A DNA stretch of 64,000 nt from assembly GCA_937923565.1 (NCBI GenBank), contig CALDTX010000070.1, positions 9,219-73,218 of the forward strand, given 5' to 3'. The notes below the pieces were generated by a model, which saw only the letters and a list, made by a program, of their open reading frames with translations, was not told the origin of the DNA and ran no database searches. Source of the stretch: an uncultured Granulosicoccaceae bacterium. GTDB lineage: Bacteria > Pseudomonadota > Gammaproteobacteria > Granulosicoccales > Granulosicoccaceae. Each line of letters starts with the position of its first letter. Within the stretch, counting starts at the first letter, position 1. Positions 49,847 to 59,599 of this stretch are shown here, one piece after another. The translations under genes were made by a program, and so were the position numbers.

Positions 49847-51025
49847 ATGCAGCTTCCACTCGATACACAGTTAAGCATAGCTGAGTTAACGGATAATCCT
49901 TACCCAATATACAAAGTGCTCAGAAGCGAAACCCCACTGCTGAAGGTGACATCGTTAGGCAGAACACTAGTTACAAAGTTCAAGGATATCCAATATATCA
50001 AGATGCACCCGGAGTTGTTCAGCTCAGACGATCCAAACACGCCTATGGAACGAGCATTTGAAGCAAAAACGCTAATGCGTCGCGACGGTGAAGATCACAT
50101 GCGACTTAGAACAGCCATGATGCCTGCAATGGGTCCTGCGCGTGTTAAGAAAGTTTGGGCACAACGAGTCAACAGCATAGCCGATGAGTTTGTTGAACGC
50201 TTAACTGAAGGTGCAACGGTTGACCTGTTTTCTGCATTTGCCGGGCCATTCTCGGCGCGTTGCGTGGCAATGGTTCTCGGTATTCCCAAAGCCAGTGATG
50301 ACGATATACAGCGTTGGTCACAAGCACTTATCGATGGCGCGGGCAATTTTGGATTAAAAGACGAGCCATTTGAGAAAGCCTACGTCGCGAACCGGGAGAT
50401 CAATGCTTGCATTGATGATGCGCAAGCCAGCTACAAAGCACATGACGAAGACAGCGCACTAGCAGTGCAACTAAATGCTGCTACACCAATTGAAAAAGAG
50501 CACATCGTTTCAAACATAAAAATAGCCATAGGTGGTGGCATCAACGAACCAAGAGACGCAATTCTTACCACACTGTTTGGCCTGCTAAGCAACCCTTCTC
50601 AACTCGCCGAGGCGAAAAACAACCCTGCTTTATTCCTACGAGCTTTTGAAGAGGGTATTCGTTGGGTCGCTCCAATACAACTAAGCTCGCGGCGAGTTCT
50701 GGAGGATACGGAAATTAGAGGCTTCGACGTTCCTGCCGGCGAAGTTGTTATGACGGTGCAAGCATCTGCTAACCACGATGAAGAAGAATTCGAAGACGGA
50801 CACTTATTCAATATGTTCAGGGATAACAAGCGTCACCAGTCTTTTGGCAACGGACCTCATTTTTGCATGGGCACGCATTTATCCCGCAAAATGGTTGGCG
50901 AAATTGCGCTGCCTAAACTGTTTGAACGATTTCCTAATATGCGGCTTGCAGAGGATCAAACCGTTAAGTGGCGTGGCTTTGGTTTTCGAGGGCCTTTGAA
51001 TTTGCCAGTGGTACTCGAGCGGTAG
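49847..51025 (+). CDS. Cytochrome P450
   Basis: EEGIRW (ExxR), QASANHDE and heme ligand loop FGNGPHFCMG. Confidence 0.95.
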   Translation: MQLPLDTQLSIAELTDNPYPIYKVLRSETPLLKVTSLGRTLVTKFKDIQYIKMHPELFSSDDPNTPMERAFEAKTLMRRDGEDHMRLRTAMMPAMGPARVKKVWAQRVNSIADEFVERLTEGATVDLFSAFAGPFSARCVAMVLGIPKASDDDIQRWSQALIDGAGNFGLKDEPFEKAYVANREINACIDDAQASYKAHDEDSALAVQLNAATPIEKEHIVSNIKIAIGGGINEPRDAILTTLFGLLSNPSQLAEAKNNPALFLRAFEEGIRWVAPIQLSSRRVLEDTEIRGFDVPAGEVVMTVQASANHDEEEFEDGHLFNMFRDNKRHQSFGNGPHFCMGTHLSRKMVGEIALPKLFERFPNMRLAEDQTVKWRGFGFRGPLNLPVVLER

Positions 51026-51040
51026 TGTTGGCTTTAAACC

Positions 51041-51433
51041 TTATGTTGCAGACGGGTCAAATATTCTTAATAGGCAATAACAAAATAAAGAACTCAGCAA
51101 TATACCGACAAAGTCAGCAGCTAAATCGAGCATTTCAAATTGGCGCGTAGGGATCCACATTTGGCTGCACTCTTCTACCAAGACAAATAGGCTCACTAAC
51201 AGCGCACCTTTATAAACACATAGCGGGCCTATGCTTATCGTACGTCCGCGAAACGCAAAAACTAACACACCGTTTAATAATCCGAACAGTAAACAGTGTG
51301 CTAACTTATCGCCGTATGGTACATCACGTATATAAAGAATGGCAAAGTTGCTATGCCCTTGATTGACCATCAGAATGGTAAATACAATCGATAAAAATAC
51401 GATTGCCGCTATAATGATCCGCCAATTGAACAT
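51041..51433 (-). CDS. VanZ-like membrane protein
   Basis: DKLAH..FG, EECSQ..IPTR and DLAADFVG. Confidence 0.85.
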   Translation of the reverse strand: MFNWRIIIAAIVFLSIVFTILMVNQGHSNFAILYIRDVPYGDKLAHCLLFGLLNGVLVFAFRGRTISIGPLCVYKGALLVSLFVLVEECSQMWIPTRQFEMLDLAADFVGILLSSLFCYCLLRIFDPSAT

Positions 51434-51520
51434 ATAAACTCACTACTGAAGCACCAATAACGGGCTTCAATATAAGTAGCAAGTAAGACAAGACAGCAAC
51501 CGAAAAATGATGAATTATGA

Positions 51521-53416
51521 CTATACTAATTCATTGATTTCTCGATGACATTCGATCAAGTGCTTTTGATCTGCAGTGCGCCTTGGTGGGGCTTGTGTGT
51601 CACAAACGCCATCGATTGCCATAGGACAACGCGAAACAAACGGACATCCAACACTGGTTAATTCTACATTACCGGCAATTCCACTGGCGGCTTCATCTGT
51701 TGCGACTGCTTCTTCAAGCCAGCCTATACGTGGCTCTGGAACCGAAGAAATTAGCAAACGTGTGTAAGGATGGTACGGCGGGGATAACACCTTATCTACA
51801 GGACCTTGCTCAGCCACTCTGCCAGCATACAACACCACAATTTCATCAGCGAACGATGCAACGGTTGATAAATCATGACTGATAAAAACAAAGGACACAC
51901 CGGTTTCTCGACGCAAGCGCTTTAGCAGCTCAATGACGTTCGCACCTACAATGGTATCTAACGCTGACGTGACCTCATCGCATAAAACCACTTCCGGGTT
52001 TGCAGCCAAAGCTCTGGCAAGGTTTACACGTTGCTTTTGACCACCGGAAAGTTCATGCGGATAACGATCGGCAAACTGCACTGGCAGCTCAACCATTTCA
52101 AGTAGCTTATTCACCTGATCTTTAACCGATAGACCATTAGCGTTGCCATAGAACTGAGCCGGCCTGCCTAAAATATGTTTGATGCGCTGCTTGGGGTTTA
52201 AGGCAGTATCTGCCATTTGATATACAAACTGTACTTTACGCAGTTCGTCACGACTGCGATCTGAAAGTGATGCAGCCAATGGGTTGCCATCTAACTTCAA
52301 CTCACCTTCAAACGGTGGCAGAAGGCCTGCAAACACTCTGGCCAATGTAGATTTGCCACAACCTGATTCACCAATGATACCCACTGTTTTACCGCGCTCA
52401 ATAGACACGTTAACATCGCGCAACACAGTAATAGCTGGCTTACCGTCTTTGCCGACACCGTAGCCTGCAGAAACGCTAATGGCTTTCAAGGCCGCATCGT
52501 CGCGCAAATGATCGGATGTATCGTCATCGCCCTGCCCAGATTCGGGTAGTGGTTTGATGGCGTTCATTAATTTCTTGGTGTACGGGTGTTGAGGGTCGTT
52601 AATGATGACGTCTACCGGGCCAGCTTCCTTTACTTCGCCGTTGTACAACACCACAATATGATCAGCGATTTGTGCAACCACGGCTAAGTCATGCGTAACG
52701 TAGATCGCGGCTGCACCTTCTTCTTTAATAACTGACTTAAACGCCTTTAGCACTTCAATTTGCGTTGTAACATCTAAAGCCGTAGTGGGTTCATCGAGAA
52801 CCAGTAGATCCGGATCTCCACATAGTGCCATTGCTGCCATGAGCCTTTGCAGCTGACCACCTGAAACTTGATGAGGAAAACGTGTACCAATGGTTTCCGG
52901 GCTGGGTAATTCAAGCGCCTTATACAGCTCCAAAGCTTTGGCATTCGCTTCAGCTTGCGTTTTACTGCCATGAAGCACGGGGGCTTCTGTCACTTGTTCG
53001 TTTAACCTCAGCGACGGGTTAAACGTTGCAGCAGCGCTTTGTGCCAGATAGGCTACTTTTTCACCACGAATTGGGCGCAAATCATCAGTGGCCATACGCG
53101 ACACATCTTGCCCAAGCAACAAAGCTTCCCCACCAGCGAATTTCAAACCGGGCTTGCAATAACCCAACGCCGACAACGATATGGTTGTTTTACCGGATCC
53201 CGATTCACCAATAAGCGCGACAACCTCACCCCTTCTAACCTTGAAGCTGACGCTTTTAATAATGGGTAGTTCGCTGCCATCACCGCGAACTGCATTGATA
53301 TTGAGATTACGCGTTTCAAAGATGACGTCGTTAAGCGTCACATCATTAAGGGCTACGTCCCCTTTATTAAGGGCTGCGTCCCCTTTTTCTTTTTCTGGAT
53401 TCAAGTGAGTTGCCAT
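51521..53416 (-). CDS. Dpp/Opp-type ABC transporter fused double ATPase
   Basis: Two NBDs: GESGSGKT..VSGGQ..DEPT and GESGCGKS..LSGGQ..DEVT. C-terminal GCPFVSRCP. Confidence 0.95.
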   Translation of the reverse strand: MATHLNPEKEKGDAALNKGDVALNDVTLNDVIFETRNLNINAVRGDGSELPIIKSVSFKVRRGEVVALIGESGSGKTTISLSALGYCKPGLKFAGGEALLLGQDVSRMATDDLRPIRGEKVAYLAQSAAATFNPSLRLNEQVTEAPVLHGSKTQAEANAKALELYKALELPSPETIGTRFPHQVSGGQLQRLMAAMALCGDPDLLVLDEPTTALDVTTQIEVLKAFKSVIKEEGAAAIYVTHDLAVVAQIADHIVVLYNGEVKEAGPVDVIINDPQHPYTKKLMNAIKPLPESGQGDDDTSDHLRDDAALKAISVSAGYGVGKDGKPAITVLRDVNVSIERGKTVGIIGESGCGKSTLARVFAGLLPPFEGELKLDGNPLAASLSDRSRDELRKVQFVYQMADTALNPKQRIKHILGRPAQFYGNANGLSVKDQVNKLLEMVELPVQFADRYPHELSGGQKQRVNLARALAANPEVVLCDEVTSALDTIVGANVIELLKRLRRETGVSFVFISHDLSTVASFADEIVVLYAGRVAEQGPVDKVLSPPYHPYTRLLISSVPEPRIGWLEEAVATDEAASGIAGNVELTSVGCPFVSRCPMAIDGVCDTQAPPRRTADQKHLIECHREINELV

Positions 53417-53419
53417 GGG

Positions 53420-54337
53420 TTATAACCGATTAGATAGCTTGCCACCGCTGTGAGCGGAGACGTCATCTACTATTAAATTTATGCCAACGGTTAGTGTCGC
53501 AATTGCGAGCGCTGGTGCTATTACTGGAATTATCGACGTTCCGTATTGTAAAGCGCCCAGATTTTCCCGAACCATTGAGCCCCAATCTGCTTGTGGCGGT
53601 TGAACACCAAGGCCCAGAAAACTTAAACTTGATATAAACAGAATGACGTAGATAAGCCGCAACCCAAAGTCAGTTAACAAAGGCATGGCAGCATTGGGCC
53701 AAATTTCCTTGGTTATGATCCACCAGCGTCCTTCACCTCTGGCTTGTGCAGCTTCTACAAAATCCATGACTTTAATTTCCATACCCAAGGATCTTGATAA
53801 ACGAAATATGACACTGGCATAGATAACACCAGCAGTCAGTATCAAAACAGGAATCGACGAACCAACCGCTGCCACAACCACTAAACCCAACATAATCGTG
53901 GGTAAACTGAGAAACGCATCGTTGATACGGCTTAAAATCATATCTACGCGTGGGCTTGAAACTGCTGAACCTATGCCGAACACCACACCAATCATATAAG
54001 CCAGCACGGTCGCTAAAAACGATATACCCATGGTGCGACTAGCCCCATACATGATGCGCGAGAGAATATCCCGATCAGAAACATCAGTACCTAGCCAAGC
54101 ACCGGGTTGCGGTGCCTGAAACTCACTGTAAGCATCGGGAAACGGTAATTCGTTTTCACCGAAGGGTGCGATAAAAGGTCCGGATACCGCAACAATGGTC
54201 CAAAACACCACGATGATAGTTCCCAACCAACCGGTAAACGATAAACGAAATTTGTGGCTAGGTGCCGAGTCTGGTAGCTCATCAAAACTAACCGCGTCAT
54301 CGTACGGCGCTACATAGTGATCATTACTTGAATTCAT
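53420..54337 (-). CDS. Dpp/Opp-type ABC permease (DppC-like)
   Basis: WLGTD..RDILSR, FVEAAQARG and SFLGLGVQPPQADWG. Confidence 0.93.
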   Translation of the reverse strand: MNSSNDHYVAPYDDAVSFDELPDSAPSHKFRLSFTGWLGTIIVVFWTIVAVSGPFIAPFGENELPFPDAYSEFQAPQPGAWLGTDVSDRDILSRIMYGASRTMGISFLATVLAYMIGVVFGIGSAVSSPRVDMILSRINDAFLSLPTIMLGLVVVAAVGSSIPVLILTAGVIYASVIFRLSRSLGMEIKVMDFVEAAQARGEGRWWIITKEIWPNAAMPLLTDFGLRLIYVILFISSLSFLGLGVQPPQADWGSMVRENLGALQYGTSIIPVIAPALAIATLTVGINLIVDDVSAHSGGKLSNRL

Positions 54338-55284
54338 TTTGGATGCCTCAACCGAGGATTAGACGCATAGGCTGCAATATCTGCAATGAGCATTAACACA
54401 ACATAGGTCAGACAAAAAATCATCCCGAGCCCTTGAATCAGTACGAAGTCTCTGGTTTGCACACCTTGCACAATAAGCGTTGCTAAACCCGGATAGCCAA
54501 AATAGACTTCAACCACAATAACGCCTGTGACCAAATAAGCCAGATTCAAAGCCACCACGTTAACAATGGGGCCAATAGCATTTAGCAAGGCATGTCGAAA
54601 GATAATGCGTTTACGGGGTATACCTTTAAGTACAGCCATTTCTATGTAAGGCGAGCTCATTACATTTAAAACGGCTGCCCGGCTCATGCGTATCAATTGC
54701 GATGCAATAACAAAACACAGCGTGGTAATTGGCAAAGCGAAGTGTGCTATCAGCTCAAACAAACCTTTGTTTTCGGTACTACCAACAACGACTGCATTGC
54801 CGATACCCAAAGCAAACACGAACAAAAGTACCAACAAAGTTGCCGTGAAAAATTCAGGCGCAGCGACTAAAGACACAGACACAAAGGTTAAGATTCTGTC
54901 GTAAAGACTTCCGGGAAACATGGCTGCCATTATTCCCAACATCAACGATATCGGCACACCAATAAGTGCGGTAAGCGAGCTAACAAACAAGGTATTTTTA
55001 TAACGGTCACCAATTAAACTGGTAATAGGCACATCGCTGGACAACGACACACCCAGATCACCTTTAGCAAAGTTAGTTAACCAGTTTGCATACTGCACAA
55101 TGAACGGCTTGTCTAAGCCTAACCTTTCGCGCATGGCGGCAACGTTTGCCTCAGTTGCCTGTTGACCTAGACGGATTTGCGCAGCATCGCCCGGCAATAT
55201 TTTTGTTCCTGCAAAAATGATCATTGACACTGCGAGCACAGTAATCAACCCCACACCTAAGCGTTTCAATATTAATGAGAACAT
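54334..55284 (-). CDS. Dpp/Opp-type ABC permease (DppB-like)
   Basis: LGLDKPFIVQY, GDLGVSL, RHALLNA and VEVYFGYPG. Confidence 0.93.
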   Translation of the reverse strand: MFSLILKRLGVGLITVLAVSMIIFAGTKILPGDAAQIRLGQQATEANVAAMRERLGLDKPFIVQYANWLTNFAKGDLGVSLSSDVPITSLIGDRYKNTLFVSSLTALIGVPISLMLGIMAAMFPGSLYDRILTFVSVSLVAAPEFFTATLLVLLFVFALGIGNAVVVGSTENKGLFELIAHFALPITTLCFVIASQLIRMSRAAVLNVMSSPYIEMAVLKGIPRKRIIFRHALLNAIGPIVNVVALNLAYLVTGVIVVEVYFGYPGLATLIVQGVQTRDFVLIQGLGMIFCLTYVVLMLIADIAAYASNPRLRHPK

Positions 55285-55319
55285 GCTTTACCCGAGAAGG
55301 ATACTGGAAGGAATAACAA

Positions 55320-55348
55320 GCTCGGTAACACGAACAGTGTTACCGAGC
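55320..55348 (-). terminator. Perfect 12-bp stem-loop between the SBP and permease genes (mRNA stabiliser or partial terminator)
   Basis: GCTCGGTAACAC-gaaca-GTGTTACCGAGC. Confidence 0.7.
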
Positions 55349-55376
55349 CATAGCTTTTGCAAAACCGTTGCGGGTT

Positions 55377-57011
55377 TTATGTGTCAGCGCGCCAAAGCGT
55401 TACAGGAGATTCTGCACCACCAAAGTTGTTCAATGGCACTTCAGTCCGACCTTGAACGTGCGATGCAACCGCATCAACGTAGTTTCGATGGCAAGGAATG
55501 CTCATGCCATTTTCTTCATGAATCATGGTTTGCAAATCGCAGTACATTTGGCTGCGTTTGGCAGGGTCTGTGACACCACGAACGTCTACCAGTGTTTGAT
55601 CGAATTTATCATTCTTCCAACGCGTCTCGTTCCATGCTGCATCGCCTTTGAATGCCAACGTCATCATAATGTTGGCAGTTGGACGCATATTCCATGAAGC
55701 AACACAAATTGGCTCTTTCAACCAAACAGAGCCCCAATAGCCATCAGTGGTTACTGTTTTAACATCGAAGTTCATGCCAATTTTTTTACCCTCACGTTGC
55801 ATGAACAAACATTGGTCGATAGCGCCTGGTGCTACCTCAGCTGCAACAACCGGTATTGCAGTAGAGCCTAGACCAGATTTTTCAAAATGAAATTTGGCTT
55901 TCTCAGGATCGAGCTCGCGCTGAGGAATATCCGCGCAATAATCGAAATAGGCCGAGTTAATGGGTTGGTCGTTACCCAAAGAACCTTCGCCTTTGTAAAC
56001 ACCTTTAACGAGTCGTTGACGATCCATTAAATACTGCATGGCTTTGTACATGTGAACGTTGTTGGAAACGCTCATATCGAGCCGTGGCGTTATATTGATG
56101 TAAGCACCCGATTTTAACGACCAAATTTCTTTGCCTTCAGCCGCTTCCACTTGCGAGATCGCTTTCGGCGGCAGGTTTACCATACCGTCGATATCGCCTG
56201 CTAAAAACGCATTCAAGCGAGCAACTGGATCACCGATACCGTAGCTGACTAGTTCGTCCAGATAGCCGCCCTCTCCCCAGTAATTATCAAAACGCGTTCC
56301 AACCACTCGCACACCTGGCTTGAATTCTTTGACGCGATAAGGGCCTGTACCAATGGTGCTGGTAAAGTCTGTTTGTCCGTCTTGAATAATTTTGAAATGG
56401 AACGTACCCAACGCTATCGGTAAATCTGCATTGGGTGAACTCAGCTTGGCAACCACTTCGTAGTCGTTTACTTTTTCCCATTTGTCGATCATTGAAACCA
56501 ACGATGCAGCCTTAGACACAGAGTTCTCACCCATGTGTCGGTTCATTGTATAAAGAACATCGTCTGCGGTTAGTGTTTTACCATCGTGGAATTCAACACC
56601 TTTGCGAATTTTAAACACCCACTCAGTGGCATCTTCATTTGAAATGACTTCCTCGGCTAACTCTGGCTCATAGCCGAGATCAGAAGTAAGGCGAGTTAAC
56701 GACCCATAAAACATACGACCACGAAAGTAATCGATCGCAGATGTAAACAAAGCAGGGTCTAAGGTGTCATTCGGCCCATGTTGATCGGAGGCCATAATAA
56801 GTTGGCCACCCATTTTTGGAGTAGCAGCCCATGCACTAGACATTCCACCGAATAAAGTACCGGACGCAGCAGCTGTAGCACCTGCAGCCATCATATAGCG
56901 CATAAAATCGCGGCGATTAACACCTCGCTTTACAAGCTTGAATAACTGATCGTGGTCGGAGGCACTGAGCGTGTTGATAGTAGGGTCGTTATCTTTTCGG
57001 CGGGTCATCAT
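55377..57011 (-). CDS. ABC substrate-binding protein family 5 with Tat signal
   Basis: NRRDFM twin-arginine signal and AWA cleavage site. PELAE, IRKGVEFHDGKTLTADDV and IGTGPY. Confidence 0.93.
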   Translation of the reverse strand: MMTRRKDNDPTINTLSASDHDQLFKLVKRGVNRRDFMRYMMAAGATAAASGTLFGGMSSAWAATPKMGGQLIMASDQHGPNDTLDPALFTSAIDYFRGRMFYGSLTRLTSDLGYEPELAEEVISNEDATEWVFKIRKGVEFHDGKTLTADDVLYTMNRHMGENSVSKAASLVSMIDKWEKVNDYEVVAKLSSPNADLPIALGTFHFKIIQDGQTDFTSTIGTGPYRVKEFKPGVRVVGTRFDNYWGEGGYLDELVSYGIGDPVARLNAFLAGDIDGMVNLPPKAISQVEAAEGKEIWSLKSGAYINITPRLDMSVSNNVHMYKAMQYLMDRQRLVKGVYKGEGSLGNDQPINSAYFDYCADIPQRELDPEKAKFHFEKSGLGSTAIPVVAAEVAPGAIDQCLFMQREGKKIGMNFDVKTVTTDGYWGSVWLKEPICVASWNMRPTANIMMTLAFKGDAAWNETRWKNDKFDQTLVDVRGVTDPAKRSQMYCDLQTMIHEENGMSIPCHRNYVDAVASHVQGRTEVPLNNFGGAESPVTLWRADT

Positions 57012-57117
57012 TTCTCCAATAGGTTATAACGTGCTGAAATTAAAACATATTGTTAAGCTCTAGGCTAGTTTTGAATTTTTTCACCGAAAAAATTAAACTA
57101 AGTCATTGTTTTTTTAC

Positions 57118-57795
57118 TTATGGATCACCGGCTACACCATAGCTAGGGGCAACAGAGGGGTTTATTGCTCTATTAAGATAATCCATCATTTGTGGCTCAT
57201 AAGCCTGCCACAAACTTCTTAATTCAATCACTGGATTTATATCGTGCCAATCGACACGCAAGTCAACTAATGGGAATGGTTGATTGTAAGCAATTAACAA
57301 TGCGGCGGAGTGAACATCACCTTCTTCACCGCCTGCATTGAGTCCGCCTTCTAAAGCTTGTAGTAGTCTGTGAGCAAGATGTTCTTCTGGCGACAAGTTA
57401 AAGCCATTACTGATACCAACAGCTACTTGATCATTCGCTAATAAGTTGCCAGCGGCAACACAATTATCAGCTTCACTTACCGCATTTGTACCCAGAATAT
57501 TGGCACCGGTAAAATGGGCTGTGTTGCCTTTTGCGTCTATAGCAGTTAATTGTCTGTATTCGATGTTCGGCCTATCAACCGTAATTTGCTTTATAGCGTT
57601 CGCCGCACTAGCCCCTTGTTCCATGGCATCCAACACAAGCGTTGCTAAGTTGGGATCTGTTATGTTCTGAGTTGCTACCGCACCAACTCCCGCTCGAACA
57701 TGCGGGCAACGGGACCCCACAGCAATAGAAGAAGTGGTTATTGCAACGCCAAACATACCGGTTTTAGCGCAACGACCTACTACGGAAAACGTCAT
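57118..57795 (-). CDS. DUF1028-family Ntn-hydrolase-like protein
   Basis: MTFSVVG N-terminal Thr, GVGAVATQ, YRQL, AAGNLL and DLRVD. Confidence 0.87.
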   Translation of the reverse strand: MTFSVVGRCAKTGMFGVAITTSSIAVGSRCPHVRAGVGAVATQNITDPNLATLVLDAMEQGASAANAIKQITVDRPNIEYRQLTAIDAKGNTAHFTGANILGTNAVSEADNCVAAGNLLANDQVAVGISNGFNLSPEEHLAHRLLQALEGGLNAGGEEGDVHSAALLIAYNQPFPLVDLRVDWHDINPVIELRSLWQAYEPQMMDYLNRAINPSVAPSYGVAGDP

Positions 57796-57822
57796 ATTCT
57801 TAACTCAGTTCAGTTCAATATT

Positions 57823-57885
57823 AACAACCAACAACCAACAACCAACAACTAACAACTAACAACTAACAACTAACAACTAACAACA
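57823..57885. repeat. Heptanucleotide tandem repeat (AACAACY)n
   Basis: 3x AACAACC + 5x AACAACT + AACAACA, in intergenic DNA. Confidence 0.95.
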
Positions 57886-58013
57886 ATTTAACAACTTGGC
57901 AGTCGTGCGCCAAACAATTCTCTAAAATAGCCCGCTAGCAACATCTTGTAAAAATAACAGACTTTATTCGAACGCTGTTCGCTATGCGACATACAAACTG
58001 TGTGGCCAACAAA

Positions 58014-59171
58014 CTACTCAACCAGAATTGCTTGCGACAATCGGCTAGCCAAATACTGCTGAAAGTCGTGCAATTCTCGTTCAAGCCAACTCAAGGGTCC
58101 GACTTTAGCATAGTCAGATTGAGACCCTTTGTAGATCGATTCAACGACATGCCGATCTTCTTTATTCACATGATCAAAGAAACTCACCAGATCTTCGATC
58201 CATTGTTGCCGCTCTTTGTCGTTAGTAAAGCTGTTATTCACTTCAGGTGCAATCGCGACACCAAATCGTACATCAACTTCGCCAACCGAACGCGGCCTAA
58301 GCGATAAGTACCACAAGTGATCGGGCGCTAACACATACATATGCGAAGGAAAAACCGTTGGCATTACAGAGGTTGTTCGCCAATCATCTTTGAGCAACTG
58401 ATTATCGGCATGAGCTACACCGTACTTGGCGTCGTTGCTTTTAGTGAAAAACTGGTAGCTGAAATTGACATTGGGCTCTTCGGGAAAAAGTGTTTCTGTA
58501 GCATTGAACCAAGCACCCACAGTATTTTTATGGGCTACTGGCAAATGGTAGCCTTCCATAAAGTTTTCAGTTAATAGTTTCCAATTGGTTTTCCAAACAT
58601 GGTCCTCGTGAACCACAGGAATATAACTTTGCATTGAATAACGGCTAACAACATCGTTTAAAGGTGCCAGCAACTTCGCTACTGATTCGGCTTCTTCATT
58701 AAGTGTTAAGTAAATCCAACCATTCCAGATTTCAACACGAATTTCCGGCAAACAGATATCAGATTTCACGAACGCTTTTGAGCTTTGCATTTGTCCGGCG
58801 CTAACCAACTTGCCTTCTAAATCGTAAGCCCAAGCATGGTAAGGACACACAACTCTTTTAGTACATCCACGCCCATCTAACAATTGCATCAAACGGTGAC
58901 GGCATACATTGGAATAAGCGCGTATTTCATTCGCTTTATCACGAACACAAAAAACAGGCTCTCCAGACACACTGAACGTGAGGTAGTCGCCTGGCTTTTC
59001 AAGCTCAGCCGCCAGGCCTGCACAGACCCAATCTTTTTTAAAGATATAGTCCTGCTCTGCCTGAGCGACGTCTTCATTCCAATAAAGCTCAGGCGCCAAA
59101 CTACTTGCATTGCTGAATGGTGTTGCCGCGCTGTCCCTGAGATGCGCTAACAACTGTTGCATGCTATTCAT
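58014..59171 (-). CDS. Rieske non-heme iron oxygenase alpha subunit (choline monooxygenase/betaine demethylase-like)
   Basis: NVCRHR..CPYHAW Rieske ligands and NWK..ENFMEGYHLPVAH mononuclear Fe ligands, followed by NKED. Confidence 0.92.
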   Translation of the reverse strand: MNSMQQLLAHLRDSAATPFSNASSLAPELYWNEDVAQAEQDYIFKKDWVCAGLAAELEKPGDYLTFSVSGEPVFCVRDKANEIRAYSNVCRHRLMQLLDGRGCTKRVVCPYHAWAYDLEGKLVSAGQMQSSKAFVKSDICLPEIRVEIWNGWIYLTLNEEAESVAKLLAPLNDVVSRYSMQSYIPVVHEDHVWKTNWKLLTENFMEGYHLPVAHKNTVGAWFNATETLFPEEPNVNFSYQFFTKSNDAKYGVAHADNQLLKDDWRTTSVMPTVFPSHMYVLAPDHLWYLSLRPRSVGEVDVRFGVAIAPEVNNSFTNDKERQQWIEDLVSFFDHVNKEDRHVVESIYKGSQSDYAKVGPLSWLERELHDFQQYLASRLSQAILVE

Positions 59172-59583
59172 CGGGAATAACGGCAGTTACCTCTATCTCT
59201 ACAACCCATTCGGGTCGCGCAAGTGCAGGCACTACCAATCCTGTGGAACAAGGAAATACGCCTTTCAACCATTTACCCATCTCCTGATAAACGGCTTCGC
59301 GATAGCGGATGTCGGTCAAATACACAACGATTCTGCAAATACACTCTAAGTTGGCACCTGCCTCCTTAAGCAGCATATCTATGTTTTGCATCGCCTTTTC
59401 GGTTTGCAGAGCCGCATCACTGGCGTGCAAACTCTCTCTTGAGTCTAAGTCTTGAGACACTTGCCCACGAAGAAACACCATAGTGCCCTTAGCCACAACC
59501 GCCTGACATAAATCGTTATCAAGGTTTTGTTCAGGGTACGTTTCTTTGGTATTAAACGGCCTTATACGTTTGTGTAAAGTCAT
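59164..59583 (-). CDS. RidA/YjgF-family protein
   Basis: VFLRGQV, VYLTDIRYRE and PCSTGLVVPALARPEWVVEIE. Confidence 0.88.
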   Translation of the reverse strand: MTLHKRIRPFNTKETYPEQNLDNDLCQAVVAKGTMVFLRGQVSQDLDSRESLHASDAALQTEKAMQNIDMLLKEAGANLECICRIVVYLTDIRYREAVYQEMGKWLKGVFPCSTGLVVPALARPEWVVEIEVTAVIPDE

Positions 59584-59599
59584 AAATTGCCCTTAAAAA

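Noticed and set aside
57823-57885. CRISPR array
   Set aside because: The 7-bp units are contiguous with no spacers, and there are no cas genes.
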